A DNA stretch of 64,000 nt. Origin: Dimorphilus gyrociliatus. Taxonomy: Eukaryota; Animalia; Annelida. Shown piece by piece: positions 54,261 to 62,946 of the stretch. The notes under the pieces are model-generated. The model ran no database searches. It was not told the origin of the DNA and saw only the letters and a list, made by a program, of their open reading frames with translations. The first letter of the stretch is position 1, and every line of letters starts with the position of its first letter. Location: positions 1,364,001 through 1,428,000 of the forward strand of contig CAJFCJ010000010.1 of NCBI GenBank assembly GCA_904063045.1, written 5' to 3'. The position numbers were made by a program, and so were the translations under genes.

Positions 54261-54620
54261 TTCGATACAACCAGTTTTTTCATATGTAGATTAATGTGAG
54301 AACGTCAAATTTGTCTTTTTCCGTCCGTTTTTTGTAGCAACAGACTGATAGTGATTTTTAAAAGTAGCTGAGCTTCATTTGTTTGTATTTTATTATACCA
54401 AATATTAAATGTGTATTTGTGATCAAAGTTATGCATATTATTTATAAAAAATGAGATTCTTAACGAGATAGTTATTGATTGTATAAAGTTTTCGAGGTAG
54501 CGGAAGCTTAAAACAAAAATAAAAACAGCTTTCGTTTTACCATAACTTAACTTAGTTGACCTGATTGAAGACAAAAAAAAAGTAACGCTTATATACTGTA
54601 TATTGTTTGAAAAAAGTGAA

Positions 54621-54637
54621 CGTCCCCGGGTGGGCTC

Positions 54638-54677
<40 letters not shown>

Positions 54678-54694
54678 AATTGCGCCACGGAGAC
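54621..54694 (-). tRNA. trnN-GTT: tRNA-Asn(GTT) copy 6 (T variant)
   Basis: GCAATTGG variant. Confidence 0.98.
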
Positions 54695-54749
54695 TCTTGG
54701 AGAACAAGGTTTCACTTCTGAAACTCCATCCGAATTATACGATATTATG

Positions 54750-56030
54750 TTTGGAATAAAGTCTTTCGTAATGAGCCTTATGTTAAAGTTTATTGTTTAG
54801 AATTGGTAGTTGTATTATAAGGGAAATGGTTCAAAACCATCAAAGAGCAATTTAACGAAAGTGTAATTTTTGATTGTATATGACTAGATAGGACCAAGGT
54901 GGGCGTGTGTGTTGTCCTAAACTATGACCAATAAGCAGATCAATTCGACCACTGGGAAGAGGTGGCTCAGTGTACCGTGAATTGATCTATATAGCAGGCT
55001 GACTTGGTATTGTAGATAGTGAATCACATACATGTAAAAATCGATATCATATTTTCTTCCCAGTTGAGGAAATATGAGTCTGACCTTCTCTGATGTCATC
55101 ACCTGAAAATCATTGTTTACGTACGAAATGTTGATCTGATGGAAATTTTCAGCTACTGTGGTGTATGATATGGTTTCGAGGTACTGCCTGCTAATTAAAG
55201 AGACTGCCGCTCCAGTATCAGTGAGAGCAGTAATTGAGTGATTGCTCGAATTACCAGATGACGGGATTTGTACTGTTGCCGAATATACAGGCATTCTCTC
55301 TTGCATCTCTTTTGATTGGATACAATTAATAGCAGATACCGATTTCGGTGTTGTTGTCTCTTTATGGTATAAGGAAGTGTGATGAACTTGGTTGCATCTC
55401 TTACAATTGAATTTTAATGGACAATTTTCACTCATATAACAACCTCGTAGACAATTCGAACAGCGATTAAGCCATTGTACCAATCTTTGTCTTCCCTTAA
55501 GATCAGAATTTATTTAGGTTGGACAATAGGCTGTTGGAATATCTCCTAAGTTTCTCAAATTGCGGATGTCCCTTGTAATTGGGAAAGTTAAAAAACATGA
55601 GAAGTTTTTTGGACGTTCAAAGTTCCACTATCTTGTCCTCCGTTCATTATGAGCTGTTCTGGTTCTTGTGTTCAAATATGAATGAATGGCTTACATGACT
55701 TTTTAGTCGAATCTGATTGAATGGATCCGCTCATTTGAATGATGCGCTCCATTTGTGCCGCCATCTCCGTTTTCATAGCGTTGATCTCTGCTCTATTTTA
55801 AGCGTTCGATTCTGAGAATCTTCCTTCGAATCCTTTCCTTTGCTTCTCCGATTTCTCATCAAGTGTTGACGTGTCGACCATTTTGGTCGATTGAGTTGTG
55901 GTTTCCAATTGACTTGGAGAGTTGATGCACTTAGCAACCGAATGAAGACATTTAAAATAATATCAACGTAACGTAAAGTCATAAGGAATAAACTTGGTAC
56001 GTAGCCAAGACTAGTCGTTGGGCTCATCGA
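54750..56030 (-). mobile_element. BEL/Pao LTR-retrotransposon remnant (gag zinc knuckles + aspartic protease), pol absent
   Basis: CSNCLRGCYMSENCPLKFNCKRCNQVHHTSLYH is the BEL-type double knuckle (C-x2-C...C / C-x2-C-x3-HH-x2-LH). ALTDTGAAVSLIS is the protease active site, and a frameshifted IDLLIG motif follows. Stops and frameshifts are present; no LTR seen. Confidence 0.82.
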
Positions 56031-56064
56031 CTACGCTTTTTTATATTGTTTAAAAAAAAGTGAA

Positions 56065-56081
56065 CGTCCCCGGGTGGGCTC

Positions 56082-56138
<57 letters not shown>
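56065..56138 (-). tRNA. trnN-GTT: tRNA-Asn(GTT) copy 7
   Basis: Identical to copy 1. Confidence 0.98.
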
Positions 56139-56247
56139 TCTTGGAGAACAAGGTTTCACTTATGAAACTCCATCCGAATTATAAGATATTATGACAAAAC
56201 TAATACTGTTTCCTCATCAAAATTATGCATATTATAAAAAAAAGAAA

Positions 56248-56264
56248 CGTCCCCGGGTGGGCTC

Positions 56265-56321
<57 letters not shown>
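56248..56321 (-). tRNA. trnN-GTT: tRNA-Asn(GTT) copy 8
   Basis: Identical to copy 1. Confidence 0.98.
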
Positions 56322-56430
56322 TCTTGGAGAACAAGGTTTCACTTATGAAACTCCATCCGAATTATAAGATATTATGACAAAACTAATACTGTTTCCTCAT
56401 CAAAATTATGCATATTATAAAAAAAAGAAA

Positions 56431-56447
56431 CGTCCCCGGGTGGGCTC

Positions 56448-56487
<40 letters not shown>

Positions 56488-56504
56488 AATTGCGCCACGG
56501 AGAC
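56431..56504 (-). tRNA. trnN-GTT: tRNA-Asn(GTT) copy 9 (T variant)
   Basis: GCAATTGG variant. Confidence 0.98.
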
Positions 56505-56614
56505 TCATGGAGAACAAGTTTTCACTTCTGAAACTCCATCCATATTGTAAGATATTATGTTAAAATTAATACTGTTTCTTCATCAAAATTATGCATATTA
56601 TAAAAAAAAAGAAA

Positions 56615-56631
56615 CGTCCCCGGGTGGGCTC

Positions 56632-56688
<57 letters not shown>
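56615..56688 (-). tRNA. trnN-GTT: tRNA-Asn(GTT) copy 10
   Basis: Identical to copy 1. Confidence 0.98.
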
Positions 56689-56796
56689 TCATGGAGAACA
56701 AGGTTTCACTTCTGAAACTCCATCCGAATTATAAGATATTATGACAAAACTAATACTGTTTCCTCATCAAAATTATGTATATTATAAAAAAAGAAA

Positions 56797-56813
56797 CGTC
56801 CCCGGGTGGGCTC

Positions 56814-56870
<57 letters not shown>
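56797..56870 (-). tRNA. trnN-GTT: tRNA-Asn(GTT) copy 11
   Basis: Identical to copy 1. Confidence 0.98.
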
Positions 56871-56980
56871 TCATGGAGAACAAGTTTTCACTTCTGAAAC
56901 TCCATCCATATTGTAAGATATTATGTTAAAATTAATACTGTTTCTTCATCAAAATTATGCATATTATAAAAAAAAAGAAA

Positions 56981-56997
56981 CGTCCCCGGGTGGGCTC

Positions 56998-57037
<40 letters not shown>

Positions 57038-57054
57038 AATTGCGCCACGGAGAC
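56981..57054 (-). tRNA. trnN-GTT: tRNA-Asn(GTT) copy 12 (T variant)
   Basis: GCAATTGG variant. Confidence 0.98.
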
Positions 57055-57199
57055 CTCTGATACATTCCTTCATTCATACATTTGTTGTTTCATCAATCTC
57101 ATAAATTTGGCTAAAAGCTTTGAAACTGAGAATTTTTGATCCTTAAACGTCTTTTAACAATGTTCACAATCTATTAAGATATAATTGAAAAAAAATGAA

Positions 57200-57216
57200 C
57201 GTCCCCGGGTGGGCTC

Positions 57217-57273
<57 letters not shown>
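57200..57273 (-). tRNA. trnN-GTT: tRNA-Asn(GTT) copy 13
   Basis: Identical to copy 1. Confidence 0.98.
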
Positions 57274-57583
57274 ATCTGAGAAATCGTGATAAAATATTAA
57301 ATTATAAACTCTATCTTTAACAAGTAACTGGCTTGAAATGAACACGTGTGCACGAGGTATTATTGGCTATGCTAGTCTATTTTTTAAATGCCCCTTTCTT
57401 AACGTATTGCGAAGATTTGTACTTTATATATCTAAAATTTTAAATGTTTGAACACTTATATGTATATAACTATATACAGTATATGCCTAGATATGAGTGC
57501 ATATCTATATTACTTCATAAATATTCAATAAAATTTTACTAGTCATCTCATTCATCAACTTTTTATTTTCAAACAAATTCAAT

Positions 57584-59024
57584 TTAAGCCATTTTAGATT
57601 GCAGTTCTCTGGCTTTAGCTTTTTCAATCTTGGCCATGCGTGCTTGGGATTTTGCTCCCATAATACCACCACCCCAAGTTTTTCTTAGCTGTAAGAAAGA
57701 AAGTGTATATTATTTTTTGTCATTTATATTCCTGGACCTATGTTATATTATAAAAATCTCAGTGTTAAAAAGCTCGAATGTTCTGTTCAACATGACTTTT
57801 CAGAATTTAAATAGGCATCATTGTGATAATCTTAATTTTTAACATATCAAATAATACGTTGATGTTCAATATAACTTAATTTCAAAGTTTAATGTTGATC
57901 ATCAACCATATACTATAATTAAACATTGTTCGACTAACCTCATCAAATCGGTTGTTAAAGTCGGTTTTTACTGATTCGACCAGTTTATTCAAATTGGATC
58001 TATCTTCTGGATTGACATTACTCAAGGCCAGACAGGAAGCGGTCTTTCTACGAACAACACGTCCCAAACGAGCTTTTCCCTTGACAATGCAATAGGGGAC
58101 ATCCATTTTTCGGCACAAAAATGGTAAGAAAAGAACAATTTCGATTGGATCAACATCGTGGGCGATTACGACAAGTTGAGCTTTCTTTTGTTCAACCAGG
58201 GAGGTAACGGTGTTGATACCGGAGCGAACAACTGGTTGTCTTTTGGTAGGAGCATCGGGTTTACCTTCAGCTCTTTCATCAGCTCTTTTCTTGAGTCTGC
58301 GACTCTTAGCTTGCTTAGTCTCAGGCTTGTATTTGTCCATAAGCTTCAAAAGTTGAGTAGCTATTTGATATAAAAAAGATATATATATATATATATATAT
58401 ATCAATTCGCTACGCTTCGGCATGCATTTATGGACTAAATGCTTTATCTATGCACGCAAGCATTAATTCTAAACTCAAGAAAAAAAGAAATTCTTACTTT
58501 TTTCTTTACTCAAAGTAAATTTGAACTGGTTTATTGGTGGAGGGACCTTCAGACGTTGAAACAAAATAGCCCGTTGACGTTGTAGTCGGATGTATTTTGG
58601 CCATCTAACGAATCTGGATAAATCCCTCTTCGGTTGGATATCTTGGCCTGTGAAAAAATACAAGACGATTAAGATTGCGTACGTAAGAAATTTGTGGCGT
58701 TCACACATACCAATTCCAAAATTTCTCGGGCGTTTCTCAAACAGAGGATTTACGGTTTTTTTAACCTCAACCTTCTTCTTGGCTACTAGTGGCGCGGCGG
58801 CAATTTTCTTGCCTTTTTTTGCCTTGCCTTTTACTCCTTTGGGTCCCTTGCCTAGCTTACCTTTAGGCGGCTGAAAAGAGGAAAATATTCTATTAAATAG
58901 GTCCAAAAGGCAACGATCCTATAGTTTTATGTTAAATTGTATGAATTGCGGAGAATTCATGTTTAGAAACAGTTCAAATAAGTAGATAATTTAAGATTTT
59001 TTAGAGATCATGTCCACTCACCAT
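57584..59024 (-). CDS. RPL7A: 60S ribosomal protein L7a (eL8), 5 exons
   Basis: ATG|intron|PPKGK...[18 protein letters not shown]|[25 protein letters not shown]...|...[42 protein letters not shown]...NNRFDE|[17 protein letters not shown]...SKMA*. Confidence 0.98.
57755..57825 (-). ncRNA. SNORD36: Intronic box C/D snoRNA, SNORD36 (U36)/snR47 family
   Basis: ACAATGATGC (C box-like)...TTCTGA (D')...TTGA (C'-like)...CGAGCTTTTTAAC-A-CTGA (D box). The 13-nt guide is the reverse complement of the conserved 18S rRNA GTTAAAAAGCTCG. It lies in the last RPL7A intron (57689-57938), with the D box 70 nt from the 3' splice site. Confidence 0.85.
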
Positions 59025-59034
59025 ATTTACAAAC

Positions 59035-59045
59035 GGAAAAGGAAG
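59035..59045 (-). promoter_or_regulatory. Probable 5'TOP/TCT start element of RPL7A (CTTCCTTTTCC)
   Basis: Pyrimidine tract starting with C 11-21 nt upstream of the ATG of a ribosomal protein gene. Confidence 0.65.
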
Positions 59046-59535
59046 TCTCTCGGTAAAGCATTTCGGTATATAAAAATTTGGGTTCCTGTTCCAAATTCTT
59101 TTCGCGTAAAAAATTAAAGGAACTGGTACCCTAAAACACACCCGTCATAATTAGCCAATGAGCGTTGACCTGCATAAACAGTATCGTACGATGACCGTGA
59201 TTCAATGTTTTTTTCCAATCTTCCTTGTTTAGAGCCATAATCTGATGTGACGTGTATTAAGAAATATTTCAGTTAGATCAACGACACGACACTTGAAACT
59301 AAATCATCAAACACTAGATAGCGTAAGTTAAAATATTATGTTATTCTGTTTTGTCTTTCATATGTGAACCCACAAGTGTCAGCTGATACACGGATTGAAG
59401 GACGAGTTGTTACCATAATTTTGTTTAAATCGAACATTGTTATTGTTATTAAATAGGATTTTTCTGAAATAGATCTAAATACTTAAACATTAGATATTTA
59501 TATTTCATCGTTGTTACGGATGAGTATAAGTGACT

Positions 59536-61347
59536 ATGAAACGTTTAATGGTATGAATTGCGCGTTTTTGTCTACGTGCGAGTATTTATTTTTTATTAAT
59601 TAAATTTTGTGAATTTACTTAGTTTAGACTAAATTCCCAAAACGAAAATATGTCCACAACTCGCCTTCCAACATTTTGGACAAGATTGAAACCATCCGGT
59701 GGATCTATTTCTAAAGTAAAAAAAGCAGCGAGGGTACCCCTACCTCAAACAGCTATTGAATATTTAAGATATATTCCTGGCTCGACAATTTTATCTCTAT
59801 CAAAACCCTCCGAGAGTCAACGTTTAGATATTGTTAGATATAAGAATGAAGAAACAAAAGCAAGGGTGGAAATGAAGATGAAAAGTAATGTTCCAAGAGA
59901 AGAACTACATTGGACAGAAGCATTAACATCTGAAATTGAGACTGAATCTGTCAAAAAGACACCAGATACTAAAGAAAATAATACTAACGAAGTTAAAAAG
60001 AAGGTAGCATGGACCTTCGTGGAAGATGATGCTGACGAGAAAGTGAGGTATTACGTGGCAGAAATACAAAAAGCAAATAATCGAAGTGGCTTAATTCTCA
60101 AACATTTAGAAAGTCTCTCCGAGCTAATTTTGAAATTTCCTAATACAAAGGAATACGCACTAAAGAAAGGATTAGATAAATCTTTATTATTCATAAAACA
60201 GTCAAATATATCAGACGACGCTATTAAGAAAGCTAGTGAAAAAGTTTTGGTGTTACTAGGCCACGTAAAGCCAGTAGGTGGAAATGGAATAAGAATATTA
60301 AGTGTCGATGGTGGCGGTGTTAGAGGTAATTTTACATTTAACATTTTATTATTCAGGTTTTAATAACTATACAATAAATTAGGTTTAGTGGCAATAGAAC
60401 TATTACGTCAAATAGAACAACAATCGGGGAAAAAAATCTACGAACTTTTCGACTATGTCTGCGGTGTTTCAACAGGAGCTTTACTTGTTGCTATGTTATG
60501 CGTTTATAAAGTTGGAGTTGATGAATGTGTAAGGTTGTACAAGCAATTTTCCAGTCAAATGTTTGATAGAAGTCGTTTGTTGGGAGCGTCTAATCTTGTT
60601 ATGTCCCTTTCATACTACGATACTGACGCTTGGGAGGAAATACTTAAAACTAATATGGGAACTAAAACCTTTCTTGAGGCTGCTCTGGAGGACTCTCCAA
60701 AATTTTCTGCCTTATCTGCAGTTGTTTCTCAGACACCAGTTGTGAACTACCTCTTTAGGAATTATAACTATGGTAGAGGTGTAAAATCTGCTTATCCAGG
60801 GACAATCGATAGTCCAATTTGGACGGCTCTGAGAGCTAGTTCCGCAGCACCTGGTTATTATAGGGAGCTAAAACTAGGAAACGATGTTCATCAAGATGGT
60901 GGATTAATGACGAACAATCCAACTGCTATAGCAATTCACGAGGCTAAACTACTTTGGCCGAAAGAGTCTCTTCAGTGTGTCATATCTTTAGGAACAGGAC
61001 GTTACAAAGCTGCAATAACAAATACATCGAAATCTCAATCTATATCCTTGAAAACAAAGCTGGGCAAATTTGTCGAAAGTGCTACTGATACCTACGCTGT
61101 TCATACAACTCTCCAAGATTTATTGCCTTCAGATGCATATTTCAGGTTTAATCCACCACTCACACACGATGTTCCTCTCGATGAAAACCGTCCTGATGTT
61201 AGGGATTCATTAATAATAGACGCTGCTAGATATGCCCATATAAACTCCTCGAAAGTTGAGAAAGCAGTCGAGTCGTTAAGTAGACCTCGAGGAAAAACTC
61301 AAAAAGTTTATGATTGGATGAAAGAGAAACAAGCTGTTATGATGTGA
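59536..61347 (+). CDS. PNPLA8: Calcium-independent phospholipase A2-gamma (patatin-like)
   Basis: RILSVDGGGVR|GLVAIELL (intron 60328-60382), FDYVCGVSTG (GxSxG), ALRASSAAPGYY, HQDGGLMTNNP, VISLGTG, YFRFNP, LDENRP. A short first exon MKRLM (59536-59550) is tentative; an alternative start is 59650. Confidence 0.92.
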
Positions 61348-61686
61348 AAAGGAAAAATTATTAATAAATGCATTTTGACTGTTCTGCAGTGATTTATAAG
61401 AAAAATCAGAATTTATTTAATATTTATTGAAGAATTGTCAATATTATATTTACGACATTAAAAAATACAGTCAAAAAATATTTTTGTGAGTCAAATATTT
61501 CAAAAATGCTTAATAATATATCCAAATAGTTTATACCGATAAATATTATTGTAGGTCATCTTATCATTGATTAGAAATTGGAGTTACACTTATATTCATT
61601 GAACATTACGACGCCACTTTGTTGTTAGGCAGTCCCGTACTCTTATTCCTAGCAACAAGACGCTGTAAGTATTATTATAACGCAAA

Positions 61687-62470
61687 ATGCCAAAGAAAAA
61701 GGTAAAGAAAGTTAAAAAGGATAAATCCGCAAAGAGCAACTCATCCGATAGTAAGCCTAAAGAACCGATGGCTCCTGATCGAATAGAAAGACCTCCAAAA
61801 TTTGGAGAAAAGGTGAGCGATATTATATATAAATTTAAATTGATAAATTTACAATTTACTTTCAATAGCTTATGGAATTACTAAAAACTCATAAAGTCGA
61901 TGAAAAAGAATTATACGGTCGCAAAGTTGCAACGAAAGCGTTGGACCGTCTTACTTCAGATGAGATACATGATTTGGGAATAGTTTTTGATACTTTTGAT
62001 TCGAACGAAGATGGATATATAGGACCATACGAATTAAGAAGAGCTTTAAAAGTATTAGGATTCAAGATATCAAGAGAAAAAGCCCAGCAATTAGTTCACG
62101 AATCCAGTGCCAAGGGAATATGGGCAATAAGTTTCAATGAATTCTTAGATTTAGTTATTGAAAAGCAAGGTGAAAGCCGAGACGTCTATCAAGAGATTTG
62201 CAATGGATTTAAAATATTAGATAAAGGTAATTTGAAAATATCTCACTACCAAGCTAATCTAAAATTGTGAATATTTTACTTCTTTAATTTATATTAGAAA
62301 AGAAAGGTCGTCTTGATATTGAAGATTTAATAACTGCTTGCCAAGAGAATAATATTAATTTAGGGAAACAAGATCTGAAAGAGATGATTCAGGAAGCTGA
62401 TTTGAACGGTGACGGAACTGTCGATAAAGATGAATTTGTTAAAATTATGTTAAAAACAAACCTTTTTTAA
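61687..62470 (+). CDS. Centrin/caltractin-like EF-hand protein, 3 exons
   Basis: Basic N-terminal extension, FDTFDSNEDGYIGPYELRRALKVLGF, ISFNEFLDLV, EICNGFKILDK|EKKGRL, EMIQEADLNGDGTVDKDEFVKIMLKTNLF* (centrin-like C-terminus). Confidence 0.85.
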
Positions 62471-62946
62471 AAATAACTGCGAAGACAATGAGCAAAAAAA
62501 TTCTGCATTTGACACTGATATTAATAATTAATAATTATGAAAGAAATTGAAAATATCCATTAATCAATTTATTTTATCATCTTTAACAAAACTCTTCATT
62601 TTTATTATTTAATTTTATCATCAGAGTTCGGTCATTTTATTTTTGGGGAATAAAACTTTTGGAAGAGTTCACAACATAGACTAATTTTCAGCTGGGATAT
62701 TAAAACAAAATGGTTAAACGTTCAATATAATTTTTTAAAAAATTAGCCTCTAGAAACTGTTTGTAAATACGTTTTAATTGTTTTTATAAAAAAAAATATC
62801 AATGTATAATTTAAAAAACAGGAGAAAATAAGAAGGAAAAAAAAAACAATACCCAATTTTCTTTTGCTTATAATGAGTTTCGAAGTATTCGCAGCAAGGT
62901 ACTAATGAAAGCAAGCATAAAAATAAATTTGCCTATTTCAATTTTC

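Larger units (their letters stand above)
56065..57054 (-). repeat. Tandem array of six tRNA-Asn units, period 182-184 bp
   Basis: Unit starts at 56065, 56248, 56431, 56615, 56797 and 56981 with near-identical spacers. Confidence 0.97.

Noticed and set aside
56065-57054. CRISPR-like repeat-spacer periodicity
   Set aside because: The repeats are complete tRNA genes, the spacers are near-identical to each other, there are no cas genes and the context is eukaryotic.
58871-59021. Possible U24-like or H/ACA snoRNA in RPL7A intron 1 (AGAATATTT; small hairpin followed by ACA)
   Set aside because: There are no proper C/D boxes and no two-hairpin H/ACA architecture; the similarity is too short.
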